64,000 nt of DNA from Dehalococcoidia bacterium (GTDB lineage Bacteria > Chloroflexota > Dehalococcoidia > Bin125), in the NCBI GenBank assembly GCA_963555985.3, contig OY820591.1, positions 320,001-384,000 on the forward strand, in the 5' to 3' direction. Every line of letters begins with the position of its first letter. The first letter of the stretch is position 1. The notes below the pieces were generated by a model. That model was not told the DNA's origin. It did no database searches and saw only the letters and a list, made by a program, of their open reading frames with translations. This document shows, piece after piece, positions 18,660 through 28,840 of this stretch. A program made the translations under genes and the position numbers.

Positions 18660-19547
18660 ATGCCGGAAATCATTGACTTTCGAGTAACCCTGCCGCCGCG
18701 CGAGTACGCCGATCCGTCGGGCGACGGCGACGAGCGCTTCAGCGACAGCAGCTATCTGTCCAACTACAACCGCATCTACACGCGCGAACGCGGCGGCGGC
18801 GCGGACGCGCAGGCGATGATCGCCGCGATTGCGGAGGCGGGTATCGACCGGGCGGTGCTCCAGGCCGAGTGGGGCGCGGGCGACTATCGGGCGATGAACG
18901 ACGCGGTGCATCGGATTGTGGCGGGGCATCCGGAGATGCTGACGGGATACGTGACGGTCAATCCGGCGGCGGGCGACAACATGGCGGCGGTGGTCGAGCG
19001 AGAGGTGCGCGAGCGCGGCGCGAAGGGCGTCAATCTCCAGCCGTTCTCGTATCGCGTGCTGGCCAACGACAAGCGCTTCTATCCGCTTTACTCGAAGTGC
19101 CAGGAACTGGGCGTTCCGGTCACGATTCATTCCTCGATCAACTTTTCCAACGACCGCCCCATCGAGTACGGCCGTCCGCTGTACCTCGACGAGATCGCCT
19201 GCGATTTCCCCGACCTCGTGATCGTCGCCAATCACGGCGGCTGGCCCTGGGTCAACGAGCTGGTCGCGGTGGCGTGGAAGCACGCCAACGTCTACATCGA
19301 GATCGGGGCGGTCGCGCCGAAGTACATCGGCACGCCGGGGACGGGTTGGGAGACGTTGATGCAATACGGCAACTCGTCGCTACTGAGTGATCGGGTGCTG
19401 TTCGCCACCGACAATATGATTCCGTATCGGCGGGCGGTGCAGGAACTGCAAGAGTTGCCGCTCAAGGATCATGTGAAAGAAGGCTGGCTCGGCGAGAACG
19501 CCGCCCGCCTGCTGGCGCAGGTGGAGGATCGCCTGGCCGTCCTGTGA
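18660..19547 (+). CDS. amidohydrolase family 2 protein
   Basis: YPLYSKCQELGVPVTIH, NHGGWPW, RVLFATD. Confidence 0.85.
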   Translation: MPEIIDFRVTLPPREYADPSGDGDERFSDSSYLSNYNRIYTRERGGGADAQAMIAAIAEAGIDRAVLQAEWGAGDYRAMNDAVHRIVAGHPEMLTGYVTVNPAAGDNMAAVVEREVRERGAKGVNLQPFSYRVLANDKRFYPLYSKCQELGVPVTIHSSINFSNDRPIEYGRPLYLDEIACDFPDLVIVANHGGWPWVNELVAVAWKHANVYIEIGAVAPKYIGTPGTGWETLMQYGNSSLLSDRVLFATDNMIPYRRAVQELQELPLKDHVKEGWLGENAARLLAQVEDRLAVL

Positions 19548-19572
19548 TGTACCCCTACAGAGAGCGCGCGCT

Positions 19573-20004
19573 ATGAGCGAAAGAGACCACGCCCTACGCC
19601 AAAATGCGGAGTCAACCGATCGTCTGCGCGGGATCGTCGGGCGACTCACGGACACAGACCTGGAACGCTCGCTGGGCGGCGGTTGGACGGTCGGGTTCGC
19701 GCTCGTACACCTCGCGTTTTGGGATGCGCGTCAGGTCTTTGCGGTGCAGAGCTTTGCTCGCGGCGACGGCTTCCCGTCCGAGGACTGGATGACGAACGCC
19801 ACGCTGGAATCGATTGCGCCGCTGTTCCGCGCCGACATCGCCGCTGACATGGCTGTCACAGCCGCCGAGCGGCTCGACGCGACACTCGCGAAACTCAGCG
19901 CCGAGCAGCACGCCGCCTTGCGCGAGGCAGGCTTTGCATATGCAATCGAGCGTTGGCCGCACCACGAGGAGCATCTGGCGCAGATCGAGGAGGTCTTGGT
20001 GTGA
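19573..20004 (+). CDS. DinB/MDMPI-family four-helix protein
   Basis: GGWTV..LVHLAFWD, HHEEHLAQIE. Confidence 0.75.
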   Translation: MSERDHALRQNAESTDRLRGIVGRLTDTDLERSLGGGWTVGFALVHLAFWDARQVFAVQSFARGDGFPSEDWMTNATLESIAPLFRADIAADMAVTAAERLDATLAKLSAEQHAALREAGFAYAIERWPHHEEHLAQIEEVLV

Positions 20005-20531
20005 GGGCTTGGGACCTGCGAGCGCGTCGCGTCACCAACCGGCAGTTCGGATGGACTATCGCCTTCATGTTGCTGTTGGGTTCCCTCTGGCTTCTGTCCG
20101 CTGCCTGTAGCGGCGGCGAAGCGGACGCCACTGTCGGTGAGGCGGAGACGGCGGACTACGAGACGAGCGAGGCAACGGAGACGAGCGCTCCTGAGCCGGT
20201 CGCCACAGCCGACGGAGAGCTATCCGATGCGGCTGAGGCGGGCAAGAAGCTGTTCATCGCCAATTGCGCACAGTGTCACGGCCGCCGGGCGGACGGCACG
20301 GACCAGGGGCCGCCGCTGGTGCACCAGATCTACGAGCCGGGGCATCATGGCAACGCCAGCTTCGTGATCGCCGTCACGCGAGGCGTCCGCGCCCATCACT
20401 GGGACTTCGGCAACATGCCCGCCGTCGCCGGCCTCTCCATCGACGATATCCACCAGGTCATCTGCTACGTGCGCGAGTTGCAGGTAGCGAATGACATCAT
20501 TGGTGAGGTGCCGGCGTCAACGCCTTGTTGA
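20001..20531 (+). CDS. cytochrome c lipoprotein
   Basis: Lipobox LSAAC, CAQCH haem motif, HHWDFGNMP; GTG overlaps the upstream stop. Confidence 0.8.
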   Translation: MRAWDLRARRVTNRQFGWTIAFMLLLGSLWLLSAACSGGEADATVGEAETADYETSEATETSAPEPVATADGELSDAAEAGKKLFIANCAQCHGRRADGTDQGPPLVHQIYEPGHHGNASFVIAVTRGVRAHHWDFGNMPAVAGLSIDDIHQVICYVRELQVANDIIGEVPASTPC

Positions 20532-20538
20532 GGGGGGT

Positions 20539-21738
20539 CTAGCCGACGACTCCCGACTCTCGCAGCTGAGCAATCGCCTCGGGCGCGCAACCGATCTCTT
20601 GCAGCAGCGCATCTGTGTCCTGACCTAACTCTGGCCCTAGACACTTCACTCGACCCTGGACGCCATTCGCCCGGATCGGCGAACCCACCGTGGTCAGTGT
20701 GCCGAAGCGGGCGTCCTCGTACCGGACGATGTACTCGTTGGCGGCGGCCTGCTCATCCTTGGCGATCATGGGGTAGTCCTGGATTAGGGTGCTCGGCACT
20801 TCTTCGGCGTCGAACCGCGACGGCCATTCGGCGGCCGGTCGGGTGGCAATCGTCGAAGCGACTTCGCTCCTCAGTTCCTCCAGGTTTGCGTTGCGGTCGG
20901 CGAGTGTGCTGAAGCGCGGGTCGGTGACCAGGTCTTCGCGCTCGAGCGCCCGGCACATCGGTACCCAGCGGTCGGTGATGTAGCCGACGAAGAGCCAGTC
21001 GCCGTCGGAACCCTGCGCTTGCAGGGTGAACATGTTCGAGATGGGCATGTTGCGGGCGGAGGGCACGATGTTGCCGTTGGCGATGGCGTTGATCGCGGGC
21101 GCGCGGCCCCAGATTTGGCTGCCGTAGAGCGATGTCTGCACGAGTTGGCCCTCGCCGCTGCGTTCGCGTGCGACCAGGGCGCTGGCGATGGCAAAAGCGA
21201 AGATCATGCCGCCGGTCTGGTCGGGGTCGGGGGCGGCGACGTTCGCGTATGGTTTGGCGCCATTCTCGCCGCGGACACCGTTGGGCCACATGCCGCCGCC
21301 GGCCGCGCCGGCGACTGAGGCCCATGAGGTCGCGTTCGCTCGCGGCCCCTTCGGTCCGAAGCCGCTGGCGCTCGCGTAGACGAGCTTGGGATTGCGCTGC
21401 TTGAGCTCTTCCCAACCGAGGCCGAGGCGGTCCATCACGCCCGGTTTGAAGTTCTCGGTGACCACATCGACGCGCTTGACCAGTTCGTAGATCAGATTGC
21501 GCCCCTCGGACGAGCGCAGATCGACGGCGATGCTGCGCTTGCCTCGGTGGTGAGTGTGGAAATACTGCGAGAATCCGTCCGCGCGTCTGGCGACGTGCCG
21601 CGAGGGATCGCCAACCTTGAGGCGCTCCACCTTGATCACCTCAGCGCCGAGGTCGGACATCAGCACAGTCGCCGATGGGCCTTGCTGAAATTGCGTGAAG
21701 TCGAGTACACGGATGCCGTCGAGTAGTGGTTGGGTCAT
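20539..21738 (-). CDS. CoA-transferase family III (CaiB/BaiF)
   Basis: LDGIRVLDFT, LGAEVIKVE, RGKRSIAVDL, ENFKPG, PELGQDT. Confidence 0.9.
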   Translation of the reverse strand: MTQPLLDGIRVLDFTQFQQGPSATVLMSDLGAEVIKVERLKVGDPSRHVARRADGFSQYFHTHHRGKRSIAVDLRSSEGRNLIYELVKRVDVVTENFKPGVMDRLGLGWEELKQRNPKLVYASASGFGPKGPRANATSWASVAGAAGGGMWPNGVRGENGAKPYANVAAPDPDQTGGMIFAFAIASALVARERSGEGQLVQTSLYGSQIWGRAPAINAIANGNIVPSARNMPISNMFTLQAQGSDGDWLFVGYITDRWVPMCRALEREDLVTDPRFSTLADRNANLEELRSEVASTIATRPAAEWPSRFDAEEVPSTLIQDYPMIAKDEQAAANEYIVRYEDARFGTLTTVGSPIRANGVQGRVKCLGPELGQDTDALLQEIGCAPEAIAQLRESGVVG

Positions 21739-21818
21739 GGTTGCCGCCTCCGGATCTGGGATCAGTGAGTACGAATATACGCGGCGCTAATCTCTGAGCT
21801 CGGGGAAGGATCAGCGCC

Positions 21819-22925
21819 ATGAAGATTACCGATATCACTTGCACCCCGCTGACGATCGGCAAGAGCCTGCTCAGGGTCGTGACCAACGCCGGGGTCGAGG
21901 GCTGGGCTGAGGTACCGGGCGGCAACTACAACACGAGCTCGAAGGCGGCTGTCTTCCAGGCGTACCTCGAGACCGACATCAAGCGAGCCCTGTTGGGTGA
22001 AGACCCGCGCCTGATCGACCGTCACTGGGAGACGCTGGCGCTGGGTCGGGGCGAACGCGCCTACAAGCTCCCCGGCTGGGTGGTTGGAGTGGTGGACGTG
22101 GCGCTTTGGGATCTGCTGGGTAAGGAGACCGGCCTGCCGGTGCATACGCTGATGGGCGGCGCGCGCCGCACCACCATTCCGCTGTACTGGAGCACCGGCT
22201 CGGGCTGGCGGATGCAGCCGGAAGAGATGCTGGCGCTAGTCGAGGCGGGCAAGGAACAGGGCTACGAGTCCTTCAAGATTCGGATGGACTGGCGCGGCTG
22301 GCGACAGGACATTGATCCGGAGAAGGACTTCCGGATCTTCAAGTTGGTGCGCGAGTACCTAGACGAAGGCCAGTACCTCGGCTTTGACGCCAACAACGGC
22401 TACTCGGTCTCGACGGCGATCCAGCAGGGACGGCGTTTCGAGGAGCTAGGTATCGACCACTTCGAGGAGCCGATCCCGCACTACGATCTGCTCGGGCTGA
22501 AGCAGGTGTCCGACGCTCTGGACGTGGCGGTCTCGGCCGGGGAGCAGGACGCTTACCGCTGGTGGTTCGAGCACCTGGTGCTGCTCGGCAACGTGGACAT
22601 CCTCCAGCCGGACATTCTCAACGCGGGCGGCCCCAGCGAGGTCAAGCGCATCTTCGAGATGGCGACGGTGCTGAACAAGCCGGTGATGCCGCATAGTCCG
22701 CAGGCTGGGATCAACTCGATGGCGTCGTTGCACGTCTACGCCACCGTGCAGAACGCTACCCGTCCGCATGAGTACTCGGAGGAGTTCTCTGGCCCGATTG
22801 ATGACGTGGCTGACCTGTACGGCGAGTCGGTGATTCCGAAAGACGGCTGCATCCAGCTCAGCGACAAGCCGGGCTACGGGATCGAGTTGAACGAGGCGGC
22901 GGTGCAGCGGTTGACGGTGCGCTAG
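21819..22925 (+). CDS. mandelate racemase/muconate lactonizing enzyme (enolase superfamily)
   Basis: DVALWDLLGK, FKIR, DANNGY, FEEP, AGEQ, DILQPD, MPH. Confidence 0.88.
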   Translation: MKITDITCTPLTIGKSLLRVVTNAGVEGWAEVPGGNYNTSSKAAVFQAYLETDIKRALLGEDPRLIDRHWETLALGRGERAYKLPGWVVGVVDVALWDLLGKETGLPVHTLMGGARRTTIPLYWSTGSGWRMQPEEMLALVEAGKEQGYESFKIRMDWRGWRQDIDPEKDFRIFKLVREYLDEGQYLGFDANNGYSVSTAIQQGRRFEELGIDHFEEPIPHYDLLGLKQVSDALDVAVSAGEQDAYRWWFEHLVLLGNVDILQPDILNAGGPSEVKRIFEMATVLNKPVMPHSPQAGINSMASLHVYATVQNATRPHEYSEEFSGPIDDVADLYGESVIPKDGCIQLSDKPGYGIELNEAAVQRLTVR

Positions 22926-23347
22926 GTCGTCTCGTATTCCCACGGGTTGATGATCTCGATGCCTAGTCCCTCGAAGTCGCTCACATTGCGAGTCACGACC
23001 GTCATCTCGTGGGCCATCGCCGTGCCAGCGATCAACGCGTCCGCGATACTGATCGTTCGTCCGCTGCGGCTTGCCCGCGCCCGCAGTACCGCCGCCAATT
23101 CGGCCGCCAATCTGTCCAGTGAAACGATGCGATTCTCGAATGCTGAGAGGAACTGTACGTGTGTGGCATACAGTCGCTCACGGCGGCGACCGTCGGGAAG
23201 CCGTTGCAGTCCGAACTCCAATTCATGCAAGACGACCGCCGAGATCCATTGGTCGGGATGCTCCAGGATGAACGCGGCCACGCGAGGGTTGGGGTCATCG
23301 TTCGCGAGCTCTGAGACGACATTGGTGTCCAGTAGATAGCCACTCAC
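22922..23347 (-). CDS. vapC: VapC PIN-domain toxin
   Basis: YLLDTNVVSEL, DALIAGTA, VVTRNVSDF, INPW. Confidence 0.9.
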   Translation of the reverse strand: MSGYLLDTNVVSELANDDPNPRVAAFILEHPDQWISAVVLHELEFGLQRLPDGRRRERLYATHVQFLSAFENRIVSLDRLAAELAAVLRARASRSGRTISIADALIAGTAMAHEMTVVTRNVSDFEGLGIEIINPWEYETT

Positions 23348-23709
23348 TAGTTGTCCGGATCCGCCGCGTCAAACGCGGCCCAATCCTCTTCTGTCCAGTC
23401 GGCATAGGGAATTGGACGGTTCGACCCTCGTTCGTGCGGAATGTCGTCATAGATCCCGCGCGGCATCATCTGAAGCAAGTACTGACCTATGGACATTTGC
23501 GGCGGCTCGCCCGAGGGCGAGACGTCCTCCGACACTTGGGGCGACGGCTCACGCTCGAGCCAGACCTCCTCTGGCACGACGACATAGCGCTTGCGCCTGC
23601 CGATCCGTTGCGGGCCTTCGCTCTCGGCCAGGCGCAGAATCTCGGACAGCTTGGCCTTCGCTTCGGCGATGGTCCAGACGGGACGTGCTTCATGTTCTCG
23701 AAGGCTCAA
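23347..23709 (-). CDS. Phd/YefM-family antitoxin
   Basis: WTIAEAKAKLSEILRLA..EGPQRI; overlaps the toxin start by 1 nt. Confidence 0.8.
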   Translation of the reverse strand: MSLREHEARPVWTIAEAKAKLSEILRLAESEGPQRIGRRKRYVVVPEEVWLEREPSPQVSEDVSPSGEPPQMSIGQYLLQMMPRGIYDDIPHERGSNRPIPYADWTEEDWAAFDAADPDN

Positions 23710-23786
23710 GGGGCAGCCCTCCGGTATGCACCAAGCCTGTCGGCGTGTCCAGGATGCGACTCCGCTGTCGTTGGCAGCAAGCCGGA

Positions 23787-23831
23787 CCCCCCTCTGCCTT
23801 CGGCATCTCCCCCCGCGGTGCGGGGGGAGAG
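23787..23831. repeat. REP-like repeat (family A)
   Basis: CCCCCCTCTGCCTTCGGCATCTCCCCCCGCGGTGCGGGGGGAGAG. Confidence 0.8.
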
Positions 23832-23855
23832 GAGATCCGGTTTGTTGGGCTGGTC

Positions 23856-25499
23856 CTAATCCGCCAGCACCGGCTCCTGGGCTTCGCTCATGGTGAAGCC
23901 CTCGTAGCTGTTGGCGGCGATTTGGTCGCAGCGCTCGCGGTAGGGGCCGACGCCTCCGGCGTAGGGCATGAAGACCCGGGGCTTGCCGGGGATGTTGGCT
24001 CCGAGGTACCAGGAGTCGGCGAGCATGTACATCGTCTGGTCGGCGATGTCATACACGTGCTGCACCCAGTCGACCTCTGCTTGCGGATCGGCATCGACCA
24101 CGTCGACGCCGCGCTCGCGCAGGTACTCGATGAAGTCGGAGATCCATTCAACGTGCTGCTCGATCGAGACCGGCATGTTGCTCAGCACCGACGGGCTCTG
24201 CGGACCGGTGATCATGAACATATTGGGGAAGTCGGCGGTGGCGAGACCGAGATAGGTCGTCGGGCCGTCGGTCCACTTCTCCTTCAGCTCGCGTCCGTTG
24301 CGGCCGCGGATGTCCATCTTGAAGAAGGTGCCGGTCATTGCGTCGTAGCCGGTGGCGAAGACGATCAGGTCGACCTCGTACTCGTTGCCGTCGGCGGTGC
24401 GGAGGCCGGTCGGGGTGATCTCCTCGATCGGGAAGTGGCGGATGTCGACTAGGTCGACGTTGTCGCGGTTGTAGGTGTCGAAGTAGTTGGTGTCGATCAA
24501 GGCCCGCTTGGAGGCGAAGGGGTGGTCGCGCGGGAGCAGCTTCTCGGCGGTCTCCGGGTCCTTGACGATCTCGCGGATTTTGCCGCGGATGAACTCGGCC
24601 GCGGTGTCGTTGGCGCGGCGGTCGGTGGAGATGTCGGCGTAGGCGCCGAAGAGGAAGTTGAACCCGCCCTTCTTCCAGAGCGCCTCGTATGTCTGGGTGC
24701 GCTCTTCATCCGTCACTTCCAGGGCAGATTTTTCAGAGAACTCGTAAGGCATGCCAGCAGCCGAGAGCTTCGACTTCTGCATGATCTCGGCGTAATTGGC
24801 CTTGACCTCCTTGAGGAACTCCTGGTCGACGGTCTCGTGCCGGGCCGGGATCGTGTACTGCGGCGTGCGCTGGAACACGGTCAGGTGCTTGCATTCGCGG
24901 GCGATCACGGGGATCGACTGGACGCCGCTGGAGCCGGTGCCGATCACGGCGACGCGCTTGCCTTCGAACGAGACGCCCTCGTGCGGCCAGGCGCCGGTGT
25001 GGTGCCAGTCGCCCTCGAACGAGTCGAGGCCGGGAATTTTCGGAATCTGACCGGTCGAGATGCAGCCGATCGCGGTAATCACGTACTGAGCGGTCACGCG
25101 ATCGCCCTGGTCCGTTTCCACCTGCCAGAGGCCGGTGTCGTCGTTGAAGTGGGCGGAGGTCACGCGCGTGTTGAACTGGATCCCGCTGCGCAGGTCGAAG
25201 CGGTCGGCGACGTGATTGAGGTATTCCAGAATCTCCGGCTGCTCCGGATACTTGCCGCTCCAGTTCCACTCCTGGAGCAGGTCGTCGTCGAAGGAGAAGC
25301 AGTAGATGTAGCTCTCCGAGTCGCAGCGCGCGCCGGGGTAGCGGTTCCAGAACCAGGTGCCGCCGACGCCGTCGCCGGCTTCGTAGACCTGGGTCGTCAT
25401 GCCCAGGTCGTCGCGCAGCTTCTTGAGCATGTACATGCCGGAGAATCCGGCTCCAATCACGACGGCGTCGACATGTTTGGTCGTGGCGTTCTCAGACAT
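23856..25499 (-). CDS. type I Baeyer-Villiger monooxygenase (cyclohexanone/steroid monooxygenase-like)
   Basis: GAGFSG, GGTWFWNRYPGARCD, FEGDWHHTGAWP fingerprint, GTGSSG, SWYLGANIPGK. Confidence 0.92.
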   Translation of the reverse strand: MSENATTKHVDAVVIGAGFSGMYMLKKLRDDLGMTTQVYEAGDGVGGTWFWNRYPGARCDSESYIYCFSFDDDLLQEWNWSGKYPEQPEILEYLNHVADRFDLRSGIQFNTRVTSAHFNDDTGLWQVETDQGDRVTAQYVITAIGCISTGQIPKIPGLDSFEGDWHHTGAWPHEGVSFEGKRVAVIGTGSSGVQSIPVIARECKHLTVFQRTPQYTIPARHETVDQEFLKEVKANYAEIMQKSKLSAAGMPYEFSEKSALEVTDEERTQTYEALWKKGGFNFLFGAYADISTDRRANDTAAEFIRGKIREIVKDPETAEKLLPRDHPFASKRALIDTNYFDTYNRDNVDLVDIRHFPIEEITPTGLRTADGNEYEVDLIVFATGYDAMTGTFFKMDIRGRNGRELKEKWTDGPTTYLGLATADFPNMFMITGPQSPSVLSNMPVSIEQHVEWISDFIEYLRERGVDVVDADPQAEVDWVQHVYDIADQTMYMLADSWYLGANIPGKPRVFMPYAGGVGPYRERCDQIAANSYEGFTMSEAQEPVLAD

Positions 25500-25593
25500 C
25501 TTCGTTCTCTCTCTGGTGCGCTCAATCGAGCTGGCTGGACCGGGTGCTCTGTACGGGCGCTCGGTTCGGGGCGCGTCGTTCAGTGCGATTCTA

Positions 25594-26544
25594 CTACCGC
25601 GCAAGCGCGGCATGTTGGACGACGTGGCGGCGAATCGCTTTCACGACCTGCTGGAAGCCGCGTTCGCTGCCCGGCAGCATCAGCAAGGCGAAGAAGGCGT
25701 GCATCTGGCGGTCGTGCCGCTGGAAGTCGACCGGTACGCCGGCGTCTTCGAGCCGCTGGGCATATTCCTCGCCCTCGTCGCGCAGCGGGTCGTGCTCGGC
25801 GGTCAGCACGACGGCCGGGGGGAGACCGGAGAGGTCGGGTGTGTAGAGCGGCGAGGCCTCGGGTTCGGTGCGCCGTGAGACATCGGGGATGTAGTGGTCG
25901 AAGAACCAGATCATCGAGTCCCTCGTCAGCAGGAGCTGGTTCTCCGGGTCGAGGTACGAGGGCCGGTCGAAGTTGGCGTCGGTGACGGGGTAGATCAGGA
26001 CCTGCATCGCGATCTTGGGTCCGTTGCGGTCGCGTGCGCGGATCGCCATGACGGCGGAGAGGTTGCCTCCCGCGCTGTCGCCGGCGACGATGAGCGGCAG
26101 CTCGCGTCCGGCGATCTGGTCCATGTGCGCCGCCGTCCACTCCAGCGCCGCGTACGAGTCATCGACTGCGACCGGGTAGCGATGCTCGGGCGCGAGGCGG
26201 TAGTCGACCAGCACGACCGCGCATGATGTCCGCTCGGCGAGCTTGCGTCCGAGCGCGTCGGACTCGTCAATCGAGCCGACCACCCAGCCGCCGCCGTGGT
26301 AGTAGACGATCACGCCGGCGGGAGGCTCGATCGGCACGAGCACGCGAACCTGGAAGCTCCCATCGGCCTGCTCGATCGTGTGTTCCTCAACCCGGGCCAT
26401 GTTCGGGGCAGGACCGTTGAGCGCGGCCAGGTTCGCGCGGTAGGCGCGCGCGTCTTCCGGAGTGCGCTCGTTCATCGGCCTGGCGTCTTCGCCTCCCCGG
26501 AGCGTTTCTTCGACGAAGAGTGTCGTCGCAGGATCAAGGGTCAC
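25594..26544 (-). CDS. HSL-family esterase/lactonase
   Basis: HGGGW, GDSAGG, AEHDPLRDEG, HAF; directly upstream of the BVMO. Confidence 0.9.
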   Translation of the reverse strand: MTLDPATTLFVEETLRGGEDARPMNERTPEDARAYRANLAALNGPAPNMARVEEHTIEQADGSFQVRVLVPIEPPAGVIVYYHGGGWVVGSIDESDALGRKLAERTSCAVVLVDYRLAPEHRYPVAVDDSYAALEWTAAHMDQIAGRELPLIVAGDSAGGNLSAVMAIRARDRNGPKIAMQVLIYPVTDANFDRPSYLDPENQLLLTRDSMIWFFDHYIPDVSRRTEPEASPLYTPDLSGLPPAVVLTAEHDPLRDEGEEYAQRLEDAGVPVDFQRHDRQMHAFFALLMLPGSERGFQQVVKAIRRHVVQHAALAR

Positions 26545-26763
26545 GCACTGCTCCAATCGTCTGCTGAACGGTCAATGCTGCAAGGGTACAGACGCGGCGT
26601 ACGAGCGCGAGTTGGGCCGCTAGCAGGTCTCCAGCGCCGCGCCAATCCGCGAGCGCGATCGGAGCATTGGCGTCGGCACTTTTCGGCGGCTCGAACACGT
26701 ACGGGTCACAGCAGCCGGTCGATGGGATTGGAGCCATCCGCGCAAACGAAGCTTGGCTACGCG

Positions 26764-27528
26764 CTAGCCTCGCCCGAACAGCGGCATCTTCGTCGCCATC
26801 ACTGTGATGAATGGCACGTTCGCGTCGAGCGGCAGCGCGGCCATGTAGACGATCGCGTCCGCCACGTGCTCGACATCGAAGGTCGGCTCCTGCATTCGCT
26901 CGCCGTTCGGCTGGGGCACGCCCCGGCCCATGCCCGCCGTCATCTCGGTCAAGGCGTTGCCGATGTCGATTTGCCCGCAGGCGATGTCGTACTTGCGGCC
27001 ATCGAGCGCCGTCGACTTCGTCAGCCCGGTGAGCGCGTGCTTGGTCGCCGTATAGGGCGCGGAGTTGGGCCTCGGACGGTCGGCCGAGATCGAACCGTTG
27101 TTGATGATCCGTCCGCCGCGTGGATCCTGCTCCTTCATGATTCGGAACGCTTCCTGCGTACAGAGAAACGAGCCGGTCAGATTGAGATCGACGACCCGCT
27201 GCCATTGCTCCAGGGACAAGTCTTCCAACAGCAGCGGCGGGGCTCCGCCGCCTGCGTTGTTGAACAGCAAGTCCAGTCGCCCGTATTCCTCTCGGACGCG
27301 CGCGAACAGCGCCGCCACCGCGTCCGGATCGGACACGTCGGCGGCGACCGCCAGCGTCCGCGCTGCATCCTCACCGGCCATTTGCTGCGTCTCTTCCAGG
27401 CGCTCCATCCGCCGACCCGTCAGCACCACTGACCAACCCTCCCGCAGCAGCGCCAGCGCCGATGCGCGGCCGATTCCGGTCCCGCCGCCCGTTATCAGCG
27501 CGACTTTCGGCAATTCGGTATCTGTCAT
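26764..27528 (-). CDS. short-chain dehydrogenase/reductase
   Basis: [17 protein letters not shown]; overlaps the hyi stop. Confidence 0.9.
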   Translation of the reverse strand: MTDTELPKVALITGGGTGIGRASALALLREGWSVVLTGRRMERLEETQQMAGEDAARTLAVAADVSDPDAVAALFARVREEYGRLDLLFNNAGGGAPPLLLEDLSLEQWQRVVDLNLTGSFLCTQEAFRIMKEQDPRGGRIINNGSISADRPRPNSAPYTATKHALTGLTKSTALDGRKYDIACGQIDIGNALTEMTAGMGRGVPQPNGERMQEPTFDVEHVADAIVYMAALPLDANVPFITVMATKMPLFGRG

Positions 27529-28310
27529 CTTGCTGTCCCTTCGAGTGCCGGCCCGGCCGAGTTCGTCACACCGTAAGGCCGTGCCCAATCCAGCCCGGCC
27601 AGCGTGCCGGCGCGCGGGCGGTACTCGCAACCCACCCAACCGTCGAAGCCCAGTTCGTCGATCAACGACAGCAGGTAGGGGTAGTTGATCTCCTGCTGCT
27701 CGTCGGGCTCATGCCGTCCGGGCACGCCGCTGATCTGGACATGGCCGATCACGTCGAACTGGGCGGCAAACGTCTCCGCCAGGTGGCCTTCCATGATCTG
27801 GAGGTGGTAGAAGTCGCATTGCATACGCACATTCGCACGCGCGACCTGCTCAATGATCCGCCGAGCCTGCGCGCTGCCGGTCAGGAAGTAGCCGGGATTG
27901 TCGATTGTGTTCAGCGGTTCCAGCAGGATGCGGACACCCTGCGCCGCCGCTGCATCGGCTGCCCAGCGCACGTTCTCGATCAACATCGTTTCGGCTGCGG
28001 GATCACCGCTGCGTCCCGCCAGGCAGTGCACCTGCTCGCAGCCCAGCACATCGGCGTACTCCAGCGCCGTCGTCATCCCCGCCCGGAACGCCCGCTCCTC
28101 GCCCGGTACCGCCGCCAGCGCGACGGGCGTGTTGATCAACACCGCCCGCAGCCCCGCGTCGCGCAACCGCTCCGCCAGCGTTGGGGCAGGCTCGGTGTAG
28201 GGCGCCTGAATCTCGACCGCCCGAAAGCCCGCCGCCGCCGCCAGCGCAAATCGATCCGGCAAGGCCGCTTCCTGAAACATCCAAGACAGGCTCGCAGCGA
28301 GGGCTGGCAT
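27525..28310 (-). CDS. hyi: hydroxypyruvate isomerase family (TIM barrel)
   Basis: [42 protein letters not shown]. Confidence 0.85.
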   Translation of the reverse strand: MPALAASLSWMFQEAALPDRFALAAAAGFRAVEIQAPYTEPAPTLAERLRDAGLRAVLINTPVALAAVPGEERAFRAGMTTALEYADVLGCEQVHCLAGRSGDPAAETMLIENVRWAADAAAAQGVRILLEPLNTIDNPGYFLTGSAQARRIIEQVARANVRMQCDFYHLQIMEGHLAETFAAQFDVIGHVQISGVPGRHEPDEQQEINYPYLLSLIDELGFDGWVGCEYRPRAGTLAGLDWARPYGVTNSAGPALEGTAR

Positions 28311-28323
28311 GGACTCATGCTAG

Positions 28324-28710
28324 GGCGTGTTCAGACTGCGCGAAGTGCGTCGGCGCTGTTTGGCGGGAGAATTTCGGAGGGATGGAGCGGATCTCCTGGC
28401 GAGCGCTGAGGATCGTGCGTTCGCGGGTCTGGATTTGTCCAGATTTGTCCAGATCTGTCCGGATTCGTCTGGATTCATCTCGATTTGGGTGGGTTTTTTC
28501 CAGGCGAATCCGGGCATGTCCAGCACTGTTCAGGTTTGGAGCGAGTCGTTCACGGGACACAGCGGCCTCCCATTGGATTCGTGCGCGTATATGTTCTGAG
28601 TATACCCGGTTTCGGCTCGGTTGCGGAGGGCGGGGCAGGGAGCGCCGAGGCTCAGTCTCGAGACCAGCGCGCGTGCGGGCCGACCGCGCTCGTGGTTGCG
28701 TGAACAGGCC
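28324..28710. mobile_element. ~388-bp MITE-like element, copy 2, IS5-family-like ends
   Basis: CTAG|GGCGTGTTCA ... TGAACAGGCC|CTAG: terminal inverted repeats with flanking CTAG (or TA) duplication; internal 10-bp repeats at 28427-28486. Confidence 0.8.
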
Positions 28711-28840
28711 CTAGGGCCTGCTCAGATGGCTCTGGCCGGAAGCTGTGGAGGGACTTGCAGAAGCTGCTGATCCCCGTCATGGCCGCTCGCGTCACGTTCC
28801 GCGATCACAGCAGGGTTGCGAGCGGTTATCTTGCCGCCTG

